NCBI GenBank assembly: GCA_963784055.1
Contig: CAWAPY010000012.1
Location: 174,865 to 238,864, forward strand
Reading direction: 5' to 3'
DNA from: an uncultured Actinomycetota bacterium
GTDB lineage: Bacteria; Actinomycetota; UBA4738; HRBIN12
Length of the DNA: 64,000 nucleotides
Shown here: positions 29,349 to 39,470 of the stretch, one piece after another
Layout: each line of letters opens with the position of its first letter
Numbering within the stretch: position 1 is the stretch's first letter
Notes under the pieces: generated by a model
What the model was told of the DNA's origin: nothing
Database searches by the model: none
What the model saw: the letters and a program-made list of their open reading frames with translations, nothing else
Program-made: the position numbers and the translations under genes

Positions 29349-31346
29349 ATGCGCCGACAACGCCTCGAGCTGGTGGCGGCGAGTTTCCTGATGCTCTTCG
29401 TCGAGCTGGTCGCGATCCGGTGGTCCGGCGCCTGGATCGTGCACCTGTCGTACTTCGCCAACTTCGTCCTGCTGGGCAGCTTCCTCGGCATCGGGATCGG
29501 ATTCCTTCGGGCCCACAAGGGACCTGACCTGTTCGCGTGGTCCCCGGTGGTGATCGCCCTCTTCCTCGGTCTCGTCAGCGCCTTCCCCGCGCAGATCGAC
29601 CGCACCGGCGGGGACCTCGTGTATTTCGGCGTGCGGCAGACGGGACTTCCGGCGTGGGTCCTGCTGCCTGTCGTGTTCTGTGCGACCGCGGCATCCCTCG
29701 CGACCGTGGCCCACGGGGTCGCCGTCAGGTTCGCTCGGTTCCCGCCACTCGAGGCGTACCGGCTCGACATCCTTGGATCGATCCTCGGCATCGTGGTGTT
29801 CTCCGCCCTCGCGTTCACGGGAACGGGGTCGCTCGCTTGGGGTGTCATCATCGTTGCGACGAGCCTCTGGCTGCTGGGGAGAGCCAGCCTGCTCCAGTGG
29901 GTCGCGTTGGGCGCGCTCCTGGCCGTGCTCGCGCTGGGCACCTTCCGGTACGAGACGATCTGGTCTCCGTACTACCGACTCCGCGTGGGGCACGCGCGGG
30001 ACACGGTCCTCGTCGACGCGAACGGCGTCCCTCATCAGGCCGCGATCAGGACGCAGGGGACCGACTACGAGATCCCCTACGAACGCATCGCCACGGAGCC
30101 CGACCGCGTGCTCGTCATCGGCGCGGGGAACGGGAACGACGTATCCGTGGCACTGCGCCAGGGTGCTTCCCGCGTGGACGCGGTGGAGATCGACCCGAAG
30201 CTGATGGAGATCGGTGAGCGATTCCATCCGGAACGACCGTACGCCGACCCTCGGGTTCGGCAGGTCGTCGACGACGGCCGGGCATTCCTCGAGCGGACCG
30301 ACGACCGCTACGACCTCATCGTGTTCGCCCTTCCGGACTCGCTCACGCTGCTCAGCGGGCAGTCCGCGGTTCGTCTCGAGAGTTACCTCTTCACGCGGGA
30401 GGCCTTCCAAGCCGCGGCCGATCACCTCGACCCCGACGGTGCGTTCACGATCTACAACTTCTACCGAGAGCAGTGGCTGGCCGATCGGCTGGCGGGAACG
30501 CTCACCGAGGTGTTCGGCGAACGCCCCTGTTTCGACCTGGGCGAGAGCAAAGGCGGAGAGGAGGTAGGTCGTCTCAGCGTGTTCGTGGCGAGCGCTGACC
30601 CGACGGTCCTCCGTTGCGAGGAGCGATGGGACCCGCGAGACCGCTCCGTCGTCGTCCCCGCCGTGGACGACCGACCGTTCCTGTACCTGCAAGAGCGATC
30701 GATCCCAACCCGCTACGTCGTCGCGCTCGCGCTCGTGCTGCTCGCATCCATGGTGTTCGTCCGAGTCGGCGGCGGGTCGTTCCGCCCGATGCTCCGGTAC
30801 GTGGACCTCTTCTTCATGGGCGCGGCGTTCCTCCTCCTCGAGACGAAGAGTGTCGTGCAGTTCGCACTGCTGTTCGGAACCACATGGTTCGTCAACTCGC
30901 TCGTGTTCGTCGGCGTGTTGCTCTCCGTCCTGCTCGCCATCGAGGTGGAGCGGAGGATGCGTATCGCTCGGCCGGGACTCCTCATGGGGATCCTGTTCAT
31001 CGGGCTCGCCATCGGGTGGTTGATCCCCACGGGATCGCTGCTCGGCCTGCCGATCGCCCCTCGACTCCTCGCCGCGGTCGCGCTCGCGTTCTTCCCGATC
31101 TTCATCGCGAACCTGATCTTCGCGGAGCGGTTCCGCGACACCGTGGATCCGACCGCCGCCTTCGGCGCGAACCTCCTGGGTGCGATGGTTGGCGGCACGC
31201 TCGAGTACCTGTCACTCCTCACCGGGTTCCGAGCGCTCTTGTTCCTCGTCGCCGCGCTCTACGCAACGGCATACGTCTTGTCTCCACGAACCAGCGGGCA
31301 GGAGGTACCCGCGGGGTCCGGTCACGCGGCCGGTCCAAGCGGCTGA
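29349..31346 (+). CDS. Membrane-embedded spermidine-synthase-like SAM methyltransferase
   Basis: TM domains flank a class I MTase: WSPYY, VLVIGAGNGNDV, AVEIDP, DDGRAFL..YDLIVF, ESYLFTREAF, DDRPFLY, FFMGAAFLLLET, NLLGAMVGG. Confidence 0.85.
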   Translation: MRRQRLELVAASFLMLFVELVAIRWSGAWIVHLSYFANFVLLGSFLGIGIGFLRAHKGPDLFAWSPVVIALFLGLVSAFPAQIDRTGGDLVYFGVRQTGLPAWVLLPVVFCATAASLATVAHGVAVRFARFPPLEAYRLDILGSILGIVVFSALAFTGTGSLAWGVIIVATSLWLLGRASLLQWVALGALLAVLALGTFRYETIWSPYYRLRVGHARDTVLVDANGVPHQAAIRTQGTDYEIPYERIATEPDRVLVIGAGNGNDVSVALRQGASRVDAVEIDPKLMEIGERFHPERPYADPRVRQVVDDGRAFLERTDDRYDLIVFALPDSLTLLSGQSAVRLESYLFTREAFQAAADHLDPDGAFTIYNFYREQWLADRLAGTLTEVFGERPCFDLGESKGGEEVGRLSVFVASADPTVLRCEERWDPRDRSVVVPAVDDRPFLYLQERSIPTRYVVALALVLLASMVFVRVGGGSFRPMLRYVDLFFMGAAFLLLETKSVVQFALLFGTTWFVNSLVFVGVLLSVLLAIEVERRMRIARPGLLMGILFIGLAIGWLIPTGSLLGLPIAPRLLAAVALAFFPIFIANLIFAERFRDTVDPTAAFGANLLGAMVGGTLEYLSLLTGFRALLFLVAALYATAYVLSPRTSGQEVPAGSGHAAGPSG

Positions 31347-31380
31347 GGGAAGACGCACTGCGGTGAGAGCGACTCGCTCC

Positions 31381-32343
31381 CTATCCCTGCACGTGTTCCT
31401 CAGGGGCATCGGTCATCGATCCGCGCATCCACTCGATCGTGTTCGCGAGCCCTTCGCGGAGGGGGACTCGCGGCGTCCACTCAAGGAGATCGCGCGCGAG
31501 GGTGGTGTCGGGTCGTCGCATCTCGGGATCATCGACCGGCCGTTGCGTGTAGCTGATCGAGGAGCCGCTGTCAGCGAGATCCCGGATGAGCTCGGCGAGC
31601 TCGCCCATCGAGATCTCCTCCGTGTTCCCGAGGTTGATCGGCCCCATGAGATCGGTGTTGACGGCCCGCCAGATGCCTTCGACCAGGTCCTCGACGTAGC
31701 ACAGCGAGCGCGTCTGGGAGCCATCTCCGTGGACGGTCATCGGTTCGCCCAGAAGGGCCTGATGGATGAAGGTCGGTACCGCCCGCCCGTCTCCATGACG
31801 CATCCTCGGGCCATAGGTGTTGAAGATCCGGGCGATCCGAACCGCCGTCCCGTGCACCCGGTGGTACGCCATCGTGGCCGCTTCGGCGAACCGCTTCCCT
31901 TCGTCGTAGACCGAGCGCGGTCCGATCGGGTTCACGTTCCCCCAGTAGGTCTCCGGTTGAGGATGCACCTTCGGATCTCCGTAGACCTCCGACGTGGACG
32001 CCAGGAAGAGACCGGCGTGCTTCGCGTGCGCGAGACGGAGGCAGTGCAGGGTGCCGAGCGCGCCGACCTCGAGCGTCGGGATCGGGTGCAGGAGGTAGTC
32101 GCGAGGGGACGCGAGAGATGCGAAGTGGAACACCCAGTCCACGGGACCGTCCACGTCCGCCCCGCGCGAGATGTCCGCTTCGTGGATCGTGAACCGGTCG
32201 CTCGACAGGGCGTCCGAGAGGTTCGCCGTTGCCCCTGTGAGCAGGGAATCGATGCAGACGACCTCCCAATCCTCGGCGAGGAGCCGGTCGCAGAGATGGG
32301 ACCCGACGAAGCCGGCTCCTCCCGTGACGACGGCGCGCATCAT
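31381..32343 (-). CDS. UDP-glucuronate decarboxylase (UDP-xylose synthase)
   Basis: TGGAGFVGSHL, ASTSEVYGDP..HPQPETYWGNVNPIGPRSVYDEGKR, RIFNTYGPRM, DDP..RRPD. Confidence 0.92.
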   Translation of the reverse strand: MMRAVVTGGAGFVGSHLCDRLLAEDWEVVCIDSLLTGATANLSDALSSDRFTIHEADISRGADVDGPVDWVFHFASLASPRDYLLHPIPTLEVGALGTLHCLRLAHAKHAGLFLASTSEVYGDPKVHPQPETYWGNVNPIGPRSVYDEGKRFAEAATMAYHRVHGTAVRIARIFNTYGPRMRHGDGRAVPTFIHQALLGEPMTVHGDGSQTRSLCYVEDLVEGIWRAVNTDLMGPINLGNTEEISMGELAELIRDLADSGSSISYTQRPVDDPEMRRPDTTLARDLLEWTPRVPLREGLANTIEWMRGSMTDAPEEHVQG

Positions 32344-32352
32344 CCTCGAAGG

Positions 32353-33367
32353 CTAACCGGCGGTGACGCCGGGTCCGCGCGGCGGGGGTGAGAACGTGGT
32401 CGCGAGCCGCTCCGGGTCTTCCCCGCGTTGCTCGATCTGCGCTCGATCCACCTGGCCGAGGAACCGTCCCGCCTCCGCAGATGTACGGGATCTGTTCCGG
32501 ATCGAAACCCATCAGCGATGCGCCGACCGTATCGGCGGCGACCGGGTCGTCCGCGAAGACCAAGACTCCCGACCCGATGGGCTCGCCCGAGATCGGCCCG
32601 TTGCCCTCCATCCCGACGATCCCGTCGATGATCGCGTAGGCAGGCCGCACGGAACCGGCGATGTCCAGGATCGACTGCTCGATCCCCGCCCAGTGCAGGA
32701 CGTTCTTCGGCCAGCCGTAGACCCTGCCGGGCAAGGTCCCGAAGAGGTTCTTGAGCGAAAGGGTGACGCCGGCCCAGTGGTGCGTCTTCATCTTCGGCAT
32801 CGAGACGACCACGTCGGCGTCGAGCACAGGTGTCGGGAGCCACAGCTCCCCGAGGTCGGTGTAGTGAGAACGCAAACGCACCCGACGGATGGCGGCGGTG
32901 TTCAGGTCGACGAACGTCGCGTCCACATCGGCGAGGACGTCGGTGAGCCCGGAACGCGTCACCACGTCCTGGACGTCGCGCCGGTGGCCCGGTCCCTCCC
33001 CGACGCGGACGGAGGTCGCACCCAAGCGTCGGAGCGCGAGCACCGAAGCTGCGATCAATCGCGGGTCCGTGTTGACGGCCGTGGTGGGATCGAACTCCAC
33101 GAGGTTCGGCTTCAACAGGACGTTCGCTCCACGGACGTCCGCTCCGATCGCGCGGAGCCCGTCCAGTACGGTCGCCTCGAGCGGTCCGTCGTAGTCGGAG
33201 GCGGCCAGGACGGCGACGCGCGCGTCCCCTGGTGGAGGGAACGCCGCTTCGTCCCAGCTCTCGGGCTGCCGCAGGAGGGCCCGAAGCCCGAGACCGCTCG
33301 CGAGCGCGACCGCGGACCCGGCGGCGGCCCCCCGAAGGAACGTCCGGCGATCGACGTCACGGCTCAT
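32353..33367 (-). CDS. DUF362 domain protein with Tat signal, frameshift near 32480
   Basis: DRRTFLRG twin-arginine signal; VLLKPNLVE, PKMKTHHWAGVTLSLKNLFG, DGIVGMEGNGP, DPVAAD. Confidence 0.85.
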
Positions 33368-34179
33368 GCCGCGCCCCTGGGCATCGGCGCGTCCAAGGCA
33401 AGAGCGGCCCACGCGAGAGCGACGCCGTCGCCGAGCAGGCCGGTATCGGCGATGAGGTGCTCGAGCTCGATCCGGACGGCCCGTGCGTCTGCGGCCGCGT
33501 CGTGGGTGCGGAACGCCGCCAGTGCGGTCGCCAGTGAGAGACCACCCGCGGATTCGTCTCGCCAGATGCGGCGCAGGGTGTCCAGGCCACGGTCCTCGAG
33601 GTCGTGGTCCAGACCGGACAGGCCGACCAGCGAGATCGCCGTGGTTTGCACGAACGGTGGCAGATCCACTCCGAGGACCTCACGGTTCCCGTAGTTCCAC
33701 CCACCCCCCACGCACTCGCGGTCGCGGAGAAGGTTCGCCGCGTCCTCGATCCTGGCGGACGACGGCCGTGCAACCCGAAGCGCCCAGAGCGCGCGCGCGG
33801 TGGGCTCCACCCACGAGGCGGTCCCGCGCGTCCACGCCCAGCCGATCGCCGATTCATCGATCGGAGTGGCGGCGGTGGAATCGACGCGAGCCGCCCGAGA
33901 CGCCTCGAGGGAGTCCAGCGCGCGCTCGCGCTCGGCCCCCGGGCCGAGCGCGAGCGCGCCCAATCCGGTCGCGGAGTCGTTCACGTACGGGCCCACGACG
34001 GTCGCGAACGAGCCGTCGTCGCGCTGGTGCTCGGCCAGCCACCTCCGGGCTCGCTCATCGCTCAGGGCGAGGGCGGCCAGGGCCGTCGGCTCCGGCTCGC
34101 TCGGCTGACCGAGACGCGGCCCGAATCCTCCATCAGCGTTCTGCAGGCGGGCGACGAGGCTGGCGGTGTCGATCGGCAT
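33364..34179 (-). CDS. Prenyltransferase/squalene-cyclase repeat (alpha/alpha barrel) protein
   Basis: QNADGGFG, EPTALAALAL, QRDDGSF, GWAW...SWVEPT, GGWNYGN. Its stop overlaps the DUF362 start. Confidence 0.75.
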   Translation of the reverse strand: MPIDTASLVARLQNADGGFGPRLGQPSEPEPTALAALALSDERARRWLAEHQRDDGSFATVVGPYVNDSATGLGALALGPGAERERALDSLEASRAARVDSTAATPIDESAIGWAWTRGTASWVEPTARALWALRVARPSSARIEDAANLLRDRECVGGGWNYGNREVLGVDLPPFVQTTAISLVGLSGLDHDLEDRGLDTLRRIWRDESAGGLSLATALAAFRTHDAAADARAVRIELEHLIADTGLLGDGVALAWAALALDAPMPRGAA

Positions 34180-34187
34180 CTCAGGGA

Positions 34188-34215
34188 CTATCGGCTCCTT
34201 CGGTGGCGCTGCGTA
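34188..34215 (-). promoter_or_regulatory. Sigma28-like -10 element for the prenyltransferase/DUF362/UXS operon
   Basis: Minus strand GCCGATAG 8 nt before ATG 34179; the -35 element is weak (TACGC). Confidence 0.5.
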
Positions 34216-34320
34216 CTCGACGCCGTCGATCTCTCGACCCCTGATGTCGGCTGTCGGCCTGCCAAGGCATCAGTGCATAGGATGATATGCCCCCAGATGG
34301 GGACTCCTCGGCGTCGCCCT

Positions 34321-34347
34321 TCAAGTCCGTTGCTGGGACGCCGAACA
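34321..34347 (+). promoter_or_regulatory. Sigma28-like promoter for the GT2/GT-C/UGD operon
   Basis: TCAAG-N14-GCCGAACA upstream of GTG 34379. Confidence 0.45.
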
Positions 34348-34378
34348 TTCGTTGAGGATCGGTGACGAAGGGAACGAC

Positions 34379-35779
34379 GTGAAGCTGTCGGTATTGATGC
34401 CCGTCTACAACGAGGCACGAACACTGCGGACGATCGTTCGGCGCGTCCTGGACGCTCCCGTCGACGGGGACTTGGAGCTCGTCGCGATCGATGACGGAAG
34501 CACCGACCATTCGTTCGAGGTCCTGCAGGAGCTGGCATCGTCGGACGACCGCATCGTCGTCCTCCGACACTCGGTCAACCGCGGAAAGGGAGCCGCCATC
34601 CGTACCGGGATCGCCCGGATGACTGGGGATGTCGCGGTGGTTCAAGACTCCGACCTGGAATATGACCCCGCGGAGTTCCCTCGGTTACTCAAGCCGATCG
34701 TGGAGGATCGAGCCGACGCGGTCTTCGGCTCGCGTTTCGCGGCGAGCCCCGAGCGCCGGGTGCTCCTGTACTGGCACTCTCTCGGGAACCGGGTCCTCAC
34801 CTGGCTCACCAACATCCTCAACGACCTGAACCTCACCGACATGGAGACCTGCTACAAGGCCGTGCGGGCAGACATCCTCAAGGATCTCCGGCTCAGCAGC
34901 GAGCGGTTCGGGATCGAGCCGGAGCTCACCACGCGCCTGGCGCAGGCGGGCGCCAGGATCTACGAGGTGCCGATCTCCTATCACGGCCGCACATATGCCG
35001 AGGGCAAGAACATCGGTTGGCGCGATGGGGTGCAGGCGATCTGGCTGCTCTTCAAGTTCCGTTTCGTCGACACGAGGTTCACGGAGGACCACGGCCGCGC
35101 GGCCCTCGAGAGCCTTGGCACCACACCGCACATCTCCCGATGGATGGTGGAGCAGTTCGACGGATCGATCGGGGACCGGGTACTGGAAGCCGGGTCCGGC
35201 ATCGGCAATCTCACGCCGTTGTTGTTGGACAGGGATCGGATCGTGGCGCTCGACGTCGACCGCTCGTACGTGCGCCGACTCGACCACCGGTACGGACATC
35301 TCGAGAACTTCACGGTGATCGAGGCCGACCTCGAGGATCCCGACCTCTTCTCGGAGCTGGAGAAGGAGGACCTCGATACCGTCGTCTGCGTCAACGTGCT
35401 CGAGCACCTGGATCGGCCGGACATCGCCGTGCGAGGGTTCCATCGGATCCTCCGGCCCGGTGGCAGAGCGCTCGTCCTGGTCCCGGCCCACGGCTCTCTG
35501 TATTCGGCGATGGACAAAGCGATCGAACACCGTCAGAGATACGAGGGCCCAGATCTCCGCGCGCTCTTGGAAGATGCGGGTTTCGAGGTGGAACGGCTGT
35601 CGCAGTTCAATCGCCTCGGCGTCGTCGGCTGGTCCGTCAATCGTTGGAGAGGGAAGACGTCGATCAGCCGGCCTGAGGTCTTCGCATTCCGCTTGATGTT
35701 GCCGCTCGCCCGCACCCTCGAACGGGTGGGAGGCCTTCCGGGCCTGAGCTGGATCGCGATCGCGCGGAAGGCCGAGTGA
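34379..35779 (+). CDS. GT2 (polyprenol-phosphate glycosyltransferase-like) fused to class I SAM methyltransferase
   Basis: LSVLMPVYNE, IDDGSTD, NRGKGAA, QDSDLEYDP, TDMETCYK, then VLEAGSGIG and VNVLEH..ILRPGG. Confidence 0.9.
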   Translation: MKLSVLMPVYNEARTLRTIVRRVLDAPVDGDLELVAIDDGSTDHSFEVLQELASSDDRIVVLRHSVNRGKGAAIRTGIARMTGDVAVVQDSDLEYDPAEFPRLLKPIVEDRADAVFGSRFAASPERRVLLYWHSLGNRVLTWLTNILNDLNLTDMETCYKAVRADILKDLRLSSERFGIEPELTTRLAQAGARIYEVPISYHGRTYAEGKNIGWRDGVQAIWLLFKFRFVDTRFTEDHGRAALESLGTTPHISRWMVEQFDGSIGDRVLEAGSGIGNLTPLLLDRDRIVALDVDRSYVRRLDHRYGHLENFTVIEADLEDPDLFSELEKEDLDTVVCVNVLEHLDRPDIAVRGFHRILRPGGRALVLVPAHGSLYSAMDKAIEHRQRYEGPDLRALLEDAGFEVERLSQFNRLGVVGWSVNRWRGKTSISRPEVFAFRLMLPLARTLERVGGLPGLSWIAIARKAE

Positions 35780-35816
35780 GTGCCCGCGGGGATGATGGGG
35801 ATCCTCCGCCGAGGAT

Positions 35817-36902
35817 GTGACCCGCAGTGGGATTCCTGCGTGGCTCGTAGGGGTCGCCGGCCTCTTGATCGGCATCGCGATCGCGCTTCCGACCTTGATC
35901 AAGCACGAGATGGATCCGACGATCTTCGTCGCCCTCGGTGAGGGATCCACGGTCGAGACCGAGTACGCGATCCGACTCCTCGGTGATGTGACCACGCGGC
36001 AGGGCCTTGGGCACGATGGGAGGTTCTTCTTCGCTCAGGCGAACGACCCGTGGTACATCGAGCCGGAGGTGCACGCCACGGTCCTCGATGAGCCACGGTA
36101 TCGAGCGCAACGGATGCTCTTCCCATCGGTCGCCGGTGGGTTCGGTTTCTTCCCGCCGGGCGTCGTCGCCTGGTCGATGCTCGTGACGAACCTGCTCGCG
36201 CTGGGACTCGGGGCCTACCTGGCCGCCCTGCTGGCGCTGCGTTGGGGCGGAGCCGCGTGGCTGGGTCTCGCGGTACCCATGAACATCGGATTGATCTTCG
36301 AGCTCGACATCGGCGGGGCAGGGATCCTTGCCTACGCGTGCTGCCTCGGCGCGGTCTCAGCCCTCGTCACGGAGCGGATCGGTCTGGCATCACTCTTGTT
36401 CGCGGCCGCTGCGCTGAGCCGGGAGGTGATGCTGCTGTTCGCCATCGGGGTGTTCGTCCTCTGGTGGTTGGAGGAGCGACGGTTCGTGTGGCAGATCGTG
36501 ACGGCCCCGATCCTCGCGACGGCGGGCTGGTACGTATACCTTTGGTACCGACTGATGGGCATCTCCGGTGTGGGTGGCAAGACCGCGAACTTCGCCCCCC
36601 CATTCGTCGGGATCGTCGAGTCGTTCCGGTCGTGGCTCATGGATCCGATCGATCTTGTCGTGAGTCTGGTCTTGGTCGCGATCGTCGTCGCGCTCGTCCC
36701 CCTCACACTCCGGAGCCGCTTGCCGCTCGCGTGGGGCGCTCTCCCGTTCATCGCGTTGGCGACCGTGCTGTCGGTCGAGGTGTTGCGCGAGCCCTTCAAC
36801 CTTTCCCGAGCGCTCGCCCCTGTCTTCACGGCGATCCCGTTCCTCATCTTCGGTCCGAAGCGTGTGGCGACAGGTGCCGATCGGCTCGGACGAGCCCCAT
36901 GA
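35817..36902 (+). CDS. GT-C-like polytopic membrane protein, paralog 1
   Basis: GHDGRFFFAQANDP, YRAQRMLFP, ALSRE; many TM helices. Confidence 0.7.
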   Translation: MTRSGIPAWLVGVAGLLIGIAIALPTLIKHEMDPTIFVALGEGSTVETEYAIRLLGDVTTRQGLGHDGRFFFAQANDPWYIEPEVHATVLDEPRYRAQRMLFPSVAGGFGFFPPGVVAWSMLVTNLLALGLGAYLAALLALRWGGAAWLGLAVPMNIGLIFELDIGGAGILAYACCLGAVSALVTERIGLASLLFAAAALSREVMLLFAIGVFVLWWLEERRFVWQIVTAPILATAGWYVYLWYRLMGISGVGGKTANFAPPFVGIVESFRSWLMDPIDLVVSLVLVAIVVALVPLTLRSRLPLAWGALPFIALATVLSVEVLREPFNLSRALAPVFTAIPFLIFGPKRVATGADRLGRAP

Positions 36903-38066
36903 CGCGGGCCCGCTCCTCTCAGAGTCGAGATCATGCACGGGCTCCCCGAACCGATCCGGGCTCCCCGCATCCCTCCGGACGCGGGATGTCCGGGGAGCAG
37001 CTCCCAGCCTCAGCCTTCGGGATCATCGGTCTCGCGATCGGTGTGGTGATCATGCTTCGCGTCCTGATCCCCAGCGGCATGGATCCCACCGTCTTCATCG
37101 GGTTCGGCGAGCAAGCGCCCGTCCAGACCGGATACGCCCGTGCACTCTTGGGCGACGTGGAGACTCGCCCCAATCTCGGTCACGACGGCAAGTACTTCTT
37201 CGCTCAGGCGAACGACCCTTGGTACCTGCAGCCCGAACAGCATGCGGCGGTACTCGACCGGCCCCTGTATCGGGGTCAACGGATGCTCTTCCCCATGATC
37301 GCGGGGGGGTTCGGCTTCTTCCCCCCGGAGGTCGTGGTGTGGTCGATGCTGGTCACGAACCTCCTCGCATTGGGGGTCGGATCGATGCTGGCAGCGCGTC
37401 TGGCATCGCTCTGGGATGCGCCTACGTGGCTGGGCCTCGCGGTGCCGGTGAATCTCGGTCTGCTCTACGAGATCGTGATCGATGGATCCGGTGTGGTTGC
37501 CTATGTCTTCTGTCTCGGCGCCTTGTATGCGCTCGCCACCGATCGAACATCGATGGCTTCAGCCCTGTTCGCCGCCGCGGCTCTGAGTCGCGAGGTCATG
37601 GTGGCATTCGCCGTCGGGGTGTTCGTCCTCTACCTGTACCAACATCGAGCCCTGTGGCGCATCGTGTTGGTGCCGCTGGCAGCGATGGCGGTCTGGTACC
37701 TCTATCTCAGATCTCGATTGGCGGGGGTATCTGGAGTCGGCGGCAGCCTCTCGGCCTTCGCTCCGCCGTTCGTGGGGATCTGGCAGGCCATGGAGTCGTG
37801 GGCCAGGAAGCCGGGGGATCTCGCCGTCAGCTCTCGTGATCCTCGTCATCGTGGTCACGTTCACGATCCTGGCATGGCGGAGGCGGTTGCCGATCGCGTG
37901 GGGCGCTCTCCCATTCGTGATCCTGGCGACCATGCTCTCCGTGCACGTGTGGCGTGAGCCCTTCGACCTCTCGCGGGCTCTCGTCCCGGTGTTCACGGCA
38001 GCCCCATTCCTCCTGGTCGTCGCTGACCGAAGGCCAACCGGCCATGCGGCCGACCGAGTGATGTGA
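36899..38066 (+). CDS. GT-C-like polytopic membrane protein, paralog 2, frameshift near 37832
   Basis: GHDGKYFFAQANDP, YRGQRMLFP, ALSRE, REPFDLSRAL; colinear with paralog 1. The start may instead be ATG 36986. Confidence 0.7.
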
Positions 38067-38073
38067 GAGCGAA

Positions 38074-39432
38074 GTGACCACTCATCAGACACTCGGCGCG
38101 CCTGTGACCGTCGGCGTGGTCGGAACCGGTCATGTCGGGATCGTGACGAGTCTGTCGCTCGCCGCGGTTGGCCACCGGGTGGTCGGATGCGACTCGGATA
38201 CGGCGAAGGTGAAGGTGCTCGCGAGTGGCCGCATGCCGTTCCACGAACCGGGTGGCCAGGAGATGCTCGAGGAACAGTTGGCCGGCGGTCGCTTGACCTT
38301 CGCGACCGAGACCGCAGCCGCGGTGTCGAACGCCCACGTGGTGTTCATCTGCGTGGGCACGCCGGCACGTGCCTCCGGCGAGGCCAATCTGCTGGCTGTC
38401 GAGGATGCGGCCCGGGAGATCGCCCAAGCTGCCACGGGGCCACTCGTCGTGGTGGAGAAGTCGACGGTTCCCGCAGGGACCGCGGGCCACCTCGAACGGA
38501 TGTTGGTGCGGGAGCGCCCCGATCTGGCGGGAGCACTGGATGTGGTTTCCAACCCGGAGTTCCTTCGCGAGGGTCGGGCGCTGAACGACGCGCTGTCTCC
38601 CGCACGGATCCTGGTCGGGGCATCCACAGCGCGGGCCTTCGACGTGATGCGCCGGTTGTACCGGCCGTTCCTCGACGACGGAGTGCAACTGATCGAGACG
38701 GATATCACGAGCGCAGAGCTCGCGAAGCACGCCTCCAACGCGTTCCTCGCGCTCAAGATCTCCTACGTCAACGCACTCGCTCGTCTCTGTGAGGCATCGG
38801 GCGCCGATATCGAAGCGGTGGCCCGCGTGATGGGCTCGGATCCCCGGATCGGACCCGAGTTCCTCGGGGCGGGCCTTGGCTTCGGCGGATACTGCTTCCC
38901 CAAGGATCTGCGTGCCTTCGAGCGCTTGTCCGAGCGCTTGGGGTATCCGTTCCCGTTGCTCGCGGAGGTCGCACGCATCAACGACGAAGCCATCCAAGCC
39001 GCGCTGGCGAAGATCCGAGACATCGTCTGGAACCTCGAGGGGAAGCGGGTCGCATTGCTCGGCCTCTCGTACAAGCCGGATACCGACGATGTCAGGTTCT
39101 CTCCCGCCCTGACGCTCGCGCGCCATCTCCTTGCCGAGGGAGCCACCGTCGTGGGGTTCGATCCCGTCGCGGGAGCTGCGGCCCGGGCTGATGTCCCCGA
39201 GCTCGAGCTCGCCGCCGATCCCTACGAGGCGGCGACGGATGCGCACTGCATCGTCGTCTGCACCGCATGGGACGAGCTGCGGGGGCTCGATCTCCAGGAG
39301 CTCGGTGAACGGATGGCCGCGAAGAACCTCGTGGACGGACGGAACCTTCTGGACGGACCAACCGCGACCGCGGCAGGCTTCACCTACCGAGCGATGGGGC
39401 GCCCCGACTCCTCGATCGGATCCGTTCCGTAG
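38074..39432 (+). CDS. ugd: UDP-glucose 6-dehydrogenase
   Basis: VVGTGHVG, ICVGTP, KSTVPAG, SNPEFLREG, AELAKHASN, GFGGYCFPKD, YKPDTDDVR. Confidence 0.93.
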   Translation: MTTHQTLGAPVTVGVVGTGHVGIVTSLSLAAVGHRVVGCDSDTAKVKVLASGRMPFHEPGGQEMLEEQLAGGRLTFATETAAAVSNAHVVFICVGTPARASGEANLLAVEDAAREIAQAATGPLVVVEKSTVPAGTAGHLERMLVRERPDLAGALDVVSNPEFLREGRALNDALSPARILVGASTARAFDVMRRLYRPFLDDGVQLIETDITSAELAKHASNAFLALKISYVNALARLCEASGADIEAVARVMGSDPRIGPEFLGAGLGFGGYCFPKDLRAFERLSERLGYPFPLLAEVARINDEAIQAALAKIRDIVWNLEGKRVALLGLSYKPDTDDVRFSPALTLARHLLAEGATVVGFDPVAGAAARADVPELELAADPYEAATDAHCIVVCTAWDELRGLDLQELGERMAAKNLVDGRNLLDGPTATAAGFTYRAMGRPDSSIGSVP

Positions 39433-39470
39433 GGCGGGCGGGGGCTCGAGCTCGCCGATCCATCTGACGA

